From: Octopus sinensis
Taxonomy: Eukaryota
DNA: 64,000 nt
Reading direction: 5' to 3'
Assembly: GCF_006345805.1 (NCBI RefSeq)
Contig: NC_042998.1
Location: 121,954,001-122,018,000 of the forward strand
Within the stretch, counting starts at the first letter, position 1. Every line of letters starts with the position of its first letter. Position numbers and translations under genes: made by a program. Positions 24,191 through 37,702 of this stretch are shown here, piece after piece. A model generated the notes under the pieces. It saw only the letters and a list, made by a program, of their open reading frames with translations. It was not told the DNA's origin and ran no database searches.

Positions 24191-27100
24191 TGTAAAAATT
24201 CTTTTACAACAACAATGATGATATTGACAGTGGCAGCAATGGCAACAACAACAGCAACAATAAGAACAACAATAATATAAAATAAATAAATAGAAAATAT
24301 ATTTCAAACTGCAATAATGCTGTTACAACAGAAAATTTCTACCTAAATACATTTAAATTTCAAGACTTTTTAAAGAAGAAAAACAAAATTTTTCCATAAA
24401 TATGATAACAAAGAAAATTAATTTTTTAAAGACAGTTTACTGTACTTTTTTTTCTATTTCTTTTTAAAAGATTGGTTTTAAAAGAATGGTTTTTAACCTT
24501 CTCTTAAATAAGACACACAAGATGTGAAAACAAGTCGCAATTTGTCTTTGTATAACATGTAAACGTGACCAGAAGACTGAAAGGGTGAGGCATGAAAATA
24601 ACTGCTCCCTGCCAAGGCAATTGTAGGTTGTTTGTATAAACAAATGAAATAAAGGATGAAGAGGGGTAAAAAGGAAGATATAAAATGTGATGTGTGTGTG
24701 CACTTGAGATGGTACACATACATACACACATATACATGCACATGCACAAAATCACATTGTGTGTATGTATACACACACACACATGCATGCATACATATGT
24801 GCATTTTTTTTTTGGCATGGTTGAAGAGACAACATGATTTTGTGAAATTAAATTAACAGAAGCAATTTCAAGTAGAGAAAGAAAACAAGAAGGTGAGGCA
24901 GGGGATGGGGGGAGAGGAATGAAGTATTGAAGAATATCCATTTTGATTTCAAGATTGGGGATATTTGAATAATGGTTAGCAATCTAACTGTAAAGAATGG
25001 CCACATGCTGAATGAGACAGAAACAAAGGGAGGAGAGAAGAGATATAAACGAGGCAAACTCCCCCCACCAAAAAAAACTATATGAATAAAAGAAAAAAAT
25101 TAATAAAAATTAAAACAATAGCTAACCCAATCAAACACCTATGATTAGTATAATTTCAAAAAAGAAAAAAAAAAACCCCAAAAACCCCAAAAGGAAAAAA
25201 AAAAACCAAAATCCCAAAACAAAAATTTGGATAGCTGCAAAAAATGACAAAAGAAAAAGAAAGGGATAATGAAAGTAAAATCTTCACAAAGAAATGATGT
25301 ATAGATATTTTGGCATTAGTAGAAGGAATTGATAAAGAAATGTATAAAAGTAAATATGTAAAATAAGATTAAAAACTAAAACAATTGCTTAGGAAAACAA
25401 TTCTATATTGTTAGGTACCATTAACTTGTCAGAAATTACATTCTTCTTCAGAAAAATAATAATAACAAAAATAATAGTAAAACTCCTCCAAAAGACACTA
25501 AATGAATAACTCAAAAGTAAAAAGAGAAGGTAAAAAAATAAAGAATAAAATAAGTTATAGATTGGAAAATTTTCAAATGATCAGTTATAATTGTTGCCAT
25601 AAAATCTCTGTTCCCTCTTTCTTCCCTGCTGTCTGTACACATTACACATACACACACACGCATATATATGTATATGTATGCATGAATGCTTGCGTCTTCA
25701 TGGAATTTCTGAAGGCAGGTGAGTGGAGAGTCTTGGTTTTAGATATAGTTCTAGGTTTTAGTTTTTTTGATTTTTAGTTTTCAACAAGACATCAAGTGCT
25801 TATGTTAAAGGACTGACATCTTTAATGTTGAAGCAATTCAAATGATGGCTCTGACAGACAGAAACATAAAATTGTGAAGTGGAAGAAAGCTAAAGATGGC
25901 GAGTAAATGGCAGCATCGCCTGAAAGCTTACCATTAATGCTAAGTTGGTGGCAGTAATGAAAAATTGTCAAATAAGTCTTAACTGAAAACACTCCACATG
26001 TGTACTGATGTTGATGATGGGGTAGGATACTGTGACAGAATATTCTGTAAAAGGAACTCTACAATATTCACATGGTTGGGTCACACATGTTATACAGTGA
26101 GTTGAAAAACTCTGATCAAGTGAGAATATCCAAGTAATTAATTAGTAGGCAAAATCTTCTAGGTAAGTTTAAAATCTTAAAAACAAACAAACAAGAAGAG
26201 AATAATGTCTATTGCTTTCACCAGGTACACTTTAACAATGAATCCATTCCAATCTCCATTGTCAATATCGTTCAAAATTTATCAACTTATTGCTTGAGTT
26301 TTGATTTTAAACATCACTCGAGGAAGTTTTTCAATTCACTATTTATACATGTGAACATTTATTATCCAGAATGCTCCTTTGAAGTATTTTCACAGCCATG
26401 TTGTTGATAGACATAATCAGTGTCACTACACTTCGTATCTGTCTGTATATATTGATCACTCCTAGTCTTGTTGACTCAGTAAAATTTACTGTTGAAGTCT
26501 TATAACACTGAAACATGTCTGTTGTTCTCGTTAATTGTCTTTAAAGACCAAACCATTCCAATTTGCACAATGTGTATTTGTCCAAACCAAGCTTATTGGA
26601 ATTATATCTTGAATTATTTTTTTAGATGCTAAGCACATCTAGAGGTAAACTGATTACTTCAGTTATCTAAGTTAATCAAAGTTTTCCAACTAACTGTATT
26701 ACATACCAAGATGCTACTGAATCTGTATTTTCTCTTGGTCATACATTTCACTACAGTGTTCTAACTACACAGAATACTTCACCAATATGATTCATAGTGC
26801 AGGAGTTAATGTATAGTCATTATGATCTCCTAAAAATAGAAGCAACGAAAAAAAAACAAAAAAACTTTTTCAAGCCACATCCCATCATCTTTAATAAACA
26901 AGGATACATTGGACAATGTAGTCCCAGATATACAAAAATGTAGCATGGTCATAACTGGAATGCCATTGAGCATGGTTCTCCTCAATTAGGATAGACCTGG
27001 GGTTAAACAATAACAACAGCTGTTCAGGTTAACCTTATTCTATCAAACTAGCCAAACCAAAATATTAGTTCATAATCCAATTTTTTCAGGTGCAGGCATG

Positions 27101-27269
27101 GCTGTGTGATAAGTTTGCTTCCTAATGACCTGGTTCTGGGTTTGAACCTACTGTATGACAGCTGGGTGTCTTCTACTATAGCCTTTGGTATGGTAGTACA
27201 TACACACATGTATATATAAACATACATACATCATACACACACACAAGTACACACACACATACATGCATA

Positions 27270-27460
27270 TTGCCCATGCAGTGCCATGTAAAAGCATCCA
27301 TCACACTCTGTAAAGTGGTTAGTGTTAGGAAGGGTATCCAGCTGTAGAAACCATCCCAAATCAGACTGGTATCTCATGCAGCCCCTCCACCCCTGGCTTG
27401 CCAGCTCTGGTCAAACTGTCCAAAATATGCCAGTATGGACAACGAACATTAAATGATGAT
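27270..27460 (+). mobile_element. RTE 3'-end fragment
   Basis: GTGGTTAGTGTTAGGAAGGGTATCCAGCTGTAGAAACC...ACATTAAATGATGATG. Confidence 0.75.
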
Positions 27461-27656
27461 GATATATATATTGGAGAAACATGGAGTAGATGAAACAGGG
27501 ACAACTGAAGAAGGGGAATATTCCTCTTGTTGTATGTCTTGTTTCTGTTTTTTTTCCGTTGTTTGAAAAAAAGTTCGTTTCTATGGTTTTCTTTTTATGT
27601 TTTCGTTTCTCATTGTGTTCAACGTTTTTTTGATGTCCTGTACCCATATATGCATG

Positions 27657-27691
<35 letters not shown>

Positions 27692-28509
27692 GTAGGTATG
27701 TACATATATGTATGTATATATGCATATATTTATATATTATTTATATTATTATATATATATTCACCTCCCTCCTCTCACATGAACAATATGCTTCTTCGTT
27801 TCAACTTCCATAATTTTAGGAAAACTCATAGATTTTTAGGAATTTTAAAGGTTAAAAAAAAAAATTTTAATATCATCTTAAAACGTTTTTATGCTTCGAA
27901 ATTATATATTTTGAACTCTTTTAAAACCTTTAATGTATCTCTGATGAGAGAAATGTTGTCAATTGTTATGGATGGAAAACTTGCCCTTTGCAAACCACAA
28001 TTTTTCGAAAAAGAATATGTTCTCATTAAAAATTCAACCTAATTCTTCAAACACCACCACTCCTTCGATTCCTACTTTATAACCTTGTCATTGATTTGTA
28101 AAATTTGAATGCTTACATCAAACGTATTAATGCAGGTACATTTATGTATATGAATATGCCTATGATGCGAAGGGATTTAATTTGATAAAAGGATTTGACC
28201 TTGAAATCTGTTCTCCATTCTTGCTTTATATATATATATACATCTTTACATAATGTAATGTCAATAGGGTTAAAAACTAAGCTGTGTCCTCTTGAAGGAC
28301 ATCTGCATATTACTTGATTCTCTATCTGAAGAATTTCTGATAGGAGATGTCTTACATGTTGCAACACATGTACAATTTTGTAACTATTATTAGCAAATGA
28401 AACATGTGTAATGATGAATAAATAATAGAAACCATTTTTCTTCTGTCTCATGAGTGTGTGTGTGTGTACGTGTCTGTGTATGTGTGTGTGTCTATCTATC
28501 TATCTATCT

Positions 28510-28540
<31 letters not shown>

Positions 28541-28807
28541 CACACATATATAGGTATGTGAGTGTGTGTATGTATATATATATGTTAGAAGAAATAAGGT
28601 ACTCAGAAATCTGGATGGTTTTACATTTACAGATTTTTATTAATATGTCACATGCTTTTATAAATCATACATTAGCACTTGCATCTACTCTAGTAAATGC
28701 AAGTGCTAAATGTAAAACCATCCAGATTTCTGAGTACCTTATTTCTTCTAATATATAATACCTGTACATCACCTCCAAACCTTCTAACATATATATATAT
28801 ATGTATC

Positions 28808-29109
28808 ATGGGATCACGGGACCGACCAGACCATCAGATGTTGTTACACATCGCTGGTCACAATGCATTCGCATTGTTTTAGCCTTCAAATGACGCCACC
28901 CCGCTGGCTAAGCGAGCAGGCCAACAGAAGAAAGAATTGGAGAAAGAGTGGTGAAAGAGTACAGCAGGGATCACTACCCCCTGCTGGAGCCTCGTGGAGC
29001 TTTTAGGTGTTTTCGCTCAATAAACACTCACAACGCCCGGTCTGGGAATCGAAACCGCGATCCTGCGACCACGAGTCCGCTGCCCTAACCACTAGGCCAT
29101 TGCGCCTCC
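28808..29109 (-). mobile_element. Young tRNA-derived SINE
   Basis: Minus strand starts GGAGGCGCAATGGCCTAGTGGTTAGGGCAGCGG (A box) ... GGTTTCGATTCC (B box). CpG-rich, so little decayed. Confidence 0.85.
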
Positions 29110-29116
29110 ATATATA

Positions 29117-29493
29117 TCTCTCTCTATATAAACGGCAGTTTGTCTGTGCGTGTTTCTGTGTGTCTGTTTGCTTGTACCTTCACCCTGACCACGGCTTTCA
29201 ACCGATTCTGATGAAACTTGAAACACACATAGCCCAATGTCATAATTCAAAACTAACGCAGCGAAAATTTTGAAAAGTTCCCCCAGTTCTGAAAAAAATC
29301 GATAAATTCGACATGGGGTCCAGAATCAGAAACACAAACTGTCTAGGGGACGCAACTCCACCTTTTTTAACTAAAAAAATAAATTTACCATAATTTTTTT
29401 CCATTTTTTTGCTATTTTTTGGCTATAACTCTCTAAAAATGCTTTATAGTTATTTCCCTTACAAACCTGAGCAACGCCGGGCGATACTGCTAG
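29117..29493 (+). mobile_element. Non-autonomous Helitron (377 bp)
   Basis: A|TC 5' end, (GTCT/GTTT)-type simple repeat near the 5' end, subterminal hairpin CCTGAGCAACGCCGGG, CTAG|T 3' end, no TSD. Confidence 0.85.
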
Positions 29494-30164
29494 TATATAT
29501 ATATATATATATATACTAATGGAAGTGGAATTACAAATCAAACATAGGATCCTATAGATCATCATCAACATCGTTCTAATATCCCTTTTCTCATGTTTGT
29601 ATGGGTCAGACACAATTTGTTGAGGTAGATTTTCTAATACCAGTTGCCCTTGTTTACAAAAATGGTAATATTTCCACATTAAAAAGATTGAAAATGACAG
29701 ACACTGCTTGCAGTGGTAACACTCTTTTATGATTATCTAGTGATGTCAAGGCAAGGAGACAGTAAAACACACACATACATAGTATATATATATATAAGGG
29801 ATATTAGAACGATGTTGATGATGATCTATAGGATCCTATGTTTGATTTATAATTCCACTTCCATTAGTATTTGGCAGATGACTGATAAATCTTCCCAGGA
29901 ATAGGATATCAGCATATTACCAATAGATTTCTTACAAAAAAATTTTAAACTCATTATGGCAGGCCAATGATTACTTTTATCTTATTTATTTATTTACTAC
30001 AAATTTTACAGGTCTACAACTTCTTATATCACCAAGCCATTCTATTCTATGATTCCTATACATGGCCAAGTGGACTGGCCATTGAAACCTAAGAATCTCA
30101 ATGATGAATAAAGCACAGTATTATTAACAGGATTCAAACCGCCCATCTCTAAGATGTTTGTACA

Positions 30165-30615
30165 GCATACTGTTAACATGACTCATTACTCTTTTACTTG
30201 TTTCAGTCATTTGACTGCGGCCATGCTGTGTATTTATGCGCCTGTTATGTATTATGTTGTTTGTTGTTCAGCCGAAGTTAGTCGAGCAAATCAACCCCCA
30301 GGACTTATTCTTTGTAAGCCTAGTACTTATTCTATCAGTCTCTTTTGCTAAACTGCTAAGTTACGGAGATGTAAACACACCAGCATCGGTTGTCAAGCGA
30401 TGTTGGGGGGACAAACACAGACACACAAACATATACACACACATACATATATATATATGACGGGCTTCTTTCAGTTTCTGTCTACTAAATCCACTCACAA
30501 GGCTTTGGTCAGCCTGAGGCAATAGTAGAAGACACTTGCCCAAGGTGCCACGCAGTGGTAATGAACCCGGAACCATGTGGTTGGTAAGCAAGCTACTTAC
30601 CACACAGCCACTCCT
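30165..30615 (-). mobile_element. tRNA-derived SINE family B, near full length
   Basis: Minus strand GGAGTGGCTGTGTGGTAAGTAGCTTGC..GGTTCCGGGTTCATTACC..GGGCAAGTGTCTTCTAC..GAAACTGAAAGAAGCCCGTC. Fragments of the same family at ~11520-11650, 27090-27190, 31740-31880, 39060-39300 and 46270-46380. Confidence 0.85.
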
Positions 30616-33283
30616 GTGTCTATCTACGGTTCTTTACAAACTAGACTCACTAGATGTTAGCTCTGACCACTGATCCACCAAGATGACTACATTGACAAGT
30701 TCACTCGACACATACACTTCTACTCCATCTATCAAAATAATTCAACTCATGCTGACTCATTCTAACAACATGACTAATTGGACGTATCGATATGTGATTC
30801 TGCACATACATGTTGACTGAGCAGACCAATGTGACCTAGAACATACCTTTTAACCCTGTCCACCAACACGACCTAGTGCATACATGTTGATCCCTGCTCA
30901 CCCACTCATGACAAAGGCCAATAAGGGTGCCACTAAGTGGTTGCTCAACCTACAAGAAGTAGCAGCTGCATGTCCCTGATATCAGATTCTACTGATTTAC
31001 AAAAAAAGACCCATTAGGTAATGATATAGTTCAGTAAGGATATGTATTAAGATGAGTTGGTCATTGTGGGAACAACTTTTATCATAGATTTGCTTGATCG
31101 AAACTGAACAACAAACAACATAATACATAACAGGCACATACATACACACATACTAAGAAAATCAAGTCACATGACTTGAATCTTGAACACATGCTGACCC
31201 AGTTTAACATGTTATAAAGCTGACATGTGGACCCTCATAGTCTAATTAAATAATCAATAACTTTAATATAGATGGTATTTCAGAATGTATATAGGTGTAT
31301 AAAGCACAAAAAGGAGGGGAGAAGGAGAAGAAGTAGAGAGAGAAGGCAAGAAAAAAGAGTCTTATAGGACAACAAGCACAAAAACCACATAATCATATAT
31401 ACAAACACAATGTAATGTTTGTGTGTGTGTGAAAGGCATTGCATATACAAATCATGTATATGAGAGTTAGAGTAAGCGAGAGAGAGATCCAGAAAGCAGT
31501 ATAAACTCTCACTCTCATACACTAAGGCTAGTGCAAATCCACATACATATAAAAAAAAGCTACACAAGGCATCCATATAAACACACACACTGTTTAAATT
31601 AAAACATTTCTGTGAATAAAGAATATTTGATTTTCAGAATTTCTAGCAGAATATATTGGTTTCTTACTGAAGCATGACACCAATTTTTGTAAGGTCTATA
31701 AATATAAACAGGTACAGCTATCTATGGGAGTTTAGTTAATGAATTTGCTTTGCAACTGTGTGGAGACAGGGTCAATATACATAGTAGCACCTTGAGCAAG
31801 TGTATTCTACCATAGCTCTGAGGCAACTAATTCTTTGTAAACTGGAATTTGGCAGATGGAAGCTATACAGAAGACACTTGTAGGTATATAGATGTGTGTG
31901 TGTGTTCTCTTTGTCTCTGTCTCTCTATCTATAAATATAAATAAGATTCAGTTGAATTCTGTAATTAAATTGAGATACCTTGTTAGGTCAGAATAATATA
32001 CATGCACAACAGTATTAAGTAAGTATCAAACTTGGTACATAAGTACCAGCTGAATGATATTCTTGCAGTGTATGTAGACAATTAGACCTAGCTGAGTGAA
32101 GAAATCCACACTTGAGCTGCAAATTATTCACCACATTGCAGAAATCACAATCAAAGTATATCTCCAAGCAAACTGTTGTACCATTGAATAATGCTCATTT
32201 TGTATCCTAGGGTGACTCTACAGCTTTCAAGACTACAATTGTATTCGTCTTGGATTAGGAAAAATGACTAAATAGTGGGCGTTATGCTCCCATTAAGGGG
32301 TCTTACTAACTCCTAAGAAGTTGAAATTTTAGGAATATTACTTCATTTGTGTCTAATATCTATGGTTAAAATTTCATCAACAGCAAAAATATATGAATTT
32401 TGATGGGGGTTATGGCCTCATTTATGCCCCTTCACTTTCAAACATACACAGCATTACATCTGTCCTTATGCATAGAATATAATTTCCAAATTTCAAAAAG
32501 ATCCATTCAGTACTTTTGACCTTGTTTTGGATCATAAAAAATGACTAAAATTTAGGAGTTAAGGCTCCCATTAGTGGGGGGTCTTAGAATCCTCATGAGA
32601 AGCGTAAACTTTGAGAATACTTCTCGATTTGTGTCAATTACCTATGCTTGAAATTTCATCAATGTTAGAAATTTGAGCCCCCTCAAATTCAAACCAAACA
32701 TACCGCATTATACCTGCCATTATGTACTGAATCTAAATTCCATATATCATAAAGATCCATTCAGTAATTTTAGTCCATGAAAGAGGGGTTTTAGAATCAT
32801 TTTGGGTATATTTTAAAATTTATTTCTAATATCTATGGTACAAATTTCATCAAAATCTGAAGCATATGAATTTTCACGGGGGTGTATGTGTGTTATACAG
32901 TGCTGAATATAATCTGCAAGAGCACGACAATATCAGGTGTGTACTCTGTAGCTAAAATTATATGAAGCACATTAATTGTGGTTATGCATTTAATTACAGA
33001 CTTTAAGAATAAATATATACAAAAATGTAGAAAATGTGGTTATACAATACCCAGTTTATAGGTTTTGAGTGTAGACTCTAACAGGTGAGACCAAATGAAG
33101 AACTTACCTAGAGAATAAAAAAGAAAAGAAAAAAATTAGAAAAATCCAAGAAAAAATCCAATTAAATTATAGATATAAAATTCAATTAAATCATAGATAT
33201 AAAAATCATAAAATTGTTGCTAAGACAGGAAAAAAAGAACAGGTCACTGGAAATATTTCATGAGGTTGAACACACACACTCAC

Positions 33284-33402
33284 CAGAAATGGATGCGCTA
33301 GATGTGCAAAAAGCTACTGTAAGGTTTAGATCTCTTGATACTATCCCTGTTAAATTGCCACTGCTCCACGATGATGTAAAGGAACATGCAAGCAGTACAG
33401 GA
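33284..33402 (-). CDS. Candidate internal exon of an unidentified host gene (119 nt)
   Basis: Pyrimidine-rich tract + AATAG acceptor and CTG|GTGAGT donor. One frame is open (PVLLACSFTSSWSSGNLTGIVSRDLNLTVAFCTSSASIS). No family recognised, and a + strand reading is also open. Confidence 0.35.
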
Positions 33403-34620
33403 CTATTAGGTAATATGAAGAGCACATGAAGTATGAGAGAAAAAGAAAACAGGTAGGTACACACATACACACTTAAATCAGATGTGTGAGAGATTGGGCA
33501 ATATTACTTAGGTCAATATAGAATATAGTAGAAAAATGTGCATTAGAAGTGAAAAGGGGGAGATAAAGAGAAAAGCAGCACCTATATAAACTACAGTAGG
33601 TACTTGTGTTTTATGAAGCATAGAATTGATTTCAAAGTGAAATCTAATCTGCTTACAAATTAAGCAAAACTTTAGAGTTTAGTTGTGACAAAATCTTCTC
33701 TCTCTCTCTCTTATTCTCTCAGTTTCTTTCTGTTTCTCTGTCACTTATTCATTCACTCACACCCAAAGTTGCTTCTTAAATATACACTTCATTTATTAAA
33801 TCTTTCGCTTTGTAAACAAAATAAACAAAAGTGATCAAGTGGAAAATGGTAAACCATTCGAAGCCAGGCTCAGTGATTAAGTTGGAAAATCCCTTAAAGC
33901 AATTTCTTCATGGATACATATATGCTTCTTTCTTCTCAGATTAAGCATTATATTTTACAAATTCTACCTTAAGATTAAAATTTAATCATTACTAATTATT
34001 CCACTCAACATCTTGAAGTCTACATAGCCTTATGCTGTTTTGGCTGTCAATGTTTTTCTATATTATTAAGATGTTTAATGGGGTGTGGCTTTTAACATAA
34101 TGCCCAGTCCCTTTCCTTGAAGCTCTACACTATAACCCCTTCCCCAATGAAAGGCAAAGTCGATTTTACATCGCTTCTTACTTAGACACCTATTTACCAA
34201 CAAAGAATCCTCTATATGACCAGCTAGAAATAGTGGCCAAAGCACCCTCAAATTGTGCCTTACAGTCTTAAAGAAAAAATTACAAGGACAATCAGATATA
34301 CAAAAAGACAAGATGTTCATGATTGACTGCTTTAATTTATAGATAGAGTTGCTTGAACAGGATAGAATCTGTTTTGAAAAGTCTTGGATATGACAATGGT
34401 ATATGGACCATTAAAATATCCTGATGGATTTCTCAGCAGAAACAAAGTAATATAGGCACACAGATGTGTCTTGCTATACTGAAAGAAAAAAAATTGACAC
34501 TCCCCCACAAAAAAACCCCTAAAATACACACACAAAAAAAGAAAGCACAGGCTTTAAGACATTCTTAATTGAATAAAGATGGTCAAAGTTGACTATGTAT
34601 GTATGCATGTGTGTGTGTGA

Positions 34621-34624
<4 letters not shown>

Positions 34625-34652
<28 letters not shown>

Positions 34653-34810
34653 AGGAGGAGGAGGAGGAGGAGGAGGAGGAGGAGGAGAAGAAGAAGAAGA
34701 AGAAGAAGAAGAAGAAGAGAAGAAGAAGAAGAAGAAGAAGAAGAAGAAGAAGAAGAAGAAGAAGAAGAAGAAGAAGAAGAAGAAGAAGATAATGATGATG
34801 ATGATGATAA
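34625..34810. repeat. (GAG)n-(GAA)n-(GAT)n compound triplet repeat
   Basis: About 165 bp of pure purine on the + strand, then GAT units. Confidence 0.97.
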
Positions 34811-37702
34811 GTGGAGAAAAGAATACTGAAAAGGATTTAGTCTGGTGTTCTACTCCTATAAAAATTAACATTTCAGGCTCAATATCCTGATTACTTACTG
34901 AAGACAGCTACTGAAGAAATAGCCTATGTCAGTGTCAGATAGAATCCTACTTCTATTTTATAACTTGCACTTATTTAATTGACCCTCCAGAGATGAAAGA
35001 CAAAGTTGACGTGATTCTACCATTTCTTCAAACTCACTGACATACAAAATGACTATTAACAATTACATCTGTCCAAGCACACAGTCAGATTTTAGTAAGG
35101 AGGTCACATAGTCGATTGAATCTTATTCCTGCTTTTTATTGATTTCTGAGAGAAGTACAAGTAACTGACTGGTGCATATTTTAATAAATCTCAGAAGGAT
35201 GAAAGGTAAAGTCGAACTTGGTAGGATCCGGACTCAGATTCCAGTGTATTATTGCTGTATATTTTTACAAAACACAGTTGTGTCATAAGATAAAGTTGTA
35301 GAGGGTTGAAAGTTAATAGCATGGAACAGTTAACTTGGTGCCATAATAATTTTACCAACAAATAATTCTCTTTAACCTTTTTGCAGGCAGATAATTTTGA
35401 AAATCTGTGGAATGGGTGGATAAGTTTTAGAAAATTTGCAAAAAACCCTTTATTTTTAAATCACATATAAAAACAGATAAAACATGAGAATTTACTCAGT
35501 AATTATCATAATACAATATCTCACCCAACAAACACTAATTTTTAATTATATTTTATAAAACAATCATTACATAATCCTATATCACAATCTACAGCACAAG
35601 TGGTTGTAAATATACCCTTGAATACTTGAACTCTTGATTGAACACATACAACATATTTGCTTTTCTTTTTCTTGGTTTGCCTGGGCATCTGGCTACACTG
35701 GTTTGCTTGGGCATCTACCTACATTTCTCCAGAGTTTTCTGTATCCCTCAATAAGGCCTTGTACAAGTTCAGTGATGAACTGCAGGTGAATTGATTTGTT
35801 TGTGTGTTGGGGTACTATAATTTGAGTTGTTTTTGTAACACATGTAGGTATTTGTTATAGCACTGTCAATGAGGTGAGACACTATTTTTTTGTCAACATT
35901 TTACTGGTCAGAAAAATTAAGCTCTCTACACCATTTCCTTATATTGTACTCTATGATGAAATTGGGAACTTTGACACATTGCATTTTATTTATAGTGGCT
36001 GCTGAACCAAAAGTTGATAAAAAACCTGACTTGTTTGTGGTTAACCCAGCTCAAAGCAAGCAACTACCCTTTCCTCATTGTTGTAATGGCTCTGTTTTTT
36101 GTCATTTTTTTTTTTTCACTTCTGCAGGCAGATGGTGGTGATCAGTATGGATGGCCCCTTTCACATGAATTTGCTTCATTTTCTTGACTGTAGCCCTACC
36201 TGTATACTACTGGCAACCAAAACATTCTCCTTGCAAAAGAGTTACTCCTATTTTCTTACACAGACAGAAAGACAATTGTAAAGGTAAGAATTATAGTTGT
36301 ATTAACTTCAGTATATTATTGGTACTTATTTATTGTCGTTTAGCTTTTGGTCAGTCTTAGTGTAACTGAAACTACATTCTCCAGTGTCTTCTCTCTTGAT
36401 TACAATGGTAAAGTGGAATTTGAGTAAGATGAAGCTGCTCAGGTCAAGTGATCATGTAGAGATTTCTCCATTGGTACAACTAGTATTTTATCAACTTTAA
36501 CATGATGAAAGTAGAAGCCAACATTAGCAAGATTTGAACCCAGAATGCAGATAGGATGAAACTAAATATTGCAAGGCATTCAGTCCGGTGCACTACCAAT
36601 TTTGCCAGTGCGTCTTGTATTATTTTATAATAAAAACACAAAGTAGTGCAAAAAAAAAAAAAAAATTCTATGAAAAAAAAAAAGAAACCAAAATAGAGGA
36701 AATAGAAAAAAAAATTGAAGTTAAAAAAAGAGAGATATAATGTCACTTATAAAACTACTCTATTTGTTTTTACTACGTTGGTTCTGCAATAAAATCAGGA
36801 AAATGGTTGCCTAATAGCAGAATCCTTTAACCATAGCATCTTCTCATTTGGATTACCAATAAATAACTAATGCATGATTATCCAAAAAGTTCTTACGGAA
36901 AATTGAATTAATTGAGAGAATGATGGAAAGGAGGAGGTGAAAAAAGAAATGAAATTTGCTGGTTGAAAACTCCTCCAAGCGCGACCATTGGTTCCTACAA
37001 GGGGGAAACGATGAGTAGTTATGACAAAAATAGCCATTTACAGTCATCAGACAGCAAAGAGGCTGTGACTAAAAGCAATAACTTTCACTTACATTTTCTG
37101 AATTTTAACAGAATAACAGTCTGTGAAATTATGGTTGATACCACATTACATTAACTCAGCTATCACAACGACCACCACCATAAACACTACATCCCCACAA
37201 ACTATATACACCATTACCATCATCAAATCAAGTTTAACATCTCCCATTCGCTAAACTAGCACTAACCCTAGATACACAATTACCAGACGTTTCAGCCTTA
37301 GCCAAGTGCAGGTAGCTCCACCACTTCTATTCCACATGAAGCTATCACTTCAATTTTACTGCTGTTTTCTTCCTCTCCTTTTCTTTGACAATCTGTTCAG
37401 CTTACTTTATAATGTAACCATCATTTATCCTCAGAACATATCCTTACCATACAAGACAATTTCTTCTTACAACAGGTTCCTTGATGTTTATGTTATGTTC
37501 TTGATAGAACTTCATTTTAGCACAAATTTTATTTTTATAATTTACTTTCAGAATAATTTTGAGGTATTTTGTATGGAAGGCCATTAGTATTTTAAATACC
37601 TATTTGTCACTGTTTGATAATGGCCATGGTTTGCAACTACAGAAAGGAAGATGCTGGATAAAGACTGAATAAAATCTCAGCTATTATTTGTTATAAAGCA
37701 AG

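Noticed and set aside
26489-26519. CTGTTGA-AGT..ACT-GAAA-CATG-TC hammerhead-like string
   Set aside because: The core is mutated (CUGUUGA), stem II is only 3 bp and there is no stem I pairing; it may be a remnant but cannot be supported.
28808-29109. Possible tRNA gene
   Set aside because: The A and B boxes are followed by a ~220-bp non-tRNA body and there is no proper acceptor stem, so it is a SINE.
34589-34871. Poly-E/K/R and poly-F/S/P ORFs, and the many [12 protein letters not shown] ORFs in the track
   Set aside because: Translations of microsatellites.
36129-36283. + strand acceptor and donor bounding a 155-nt segment
   Set aside because: All three frames contain stops and there is no other + strand support.
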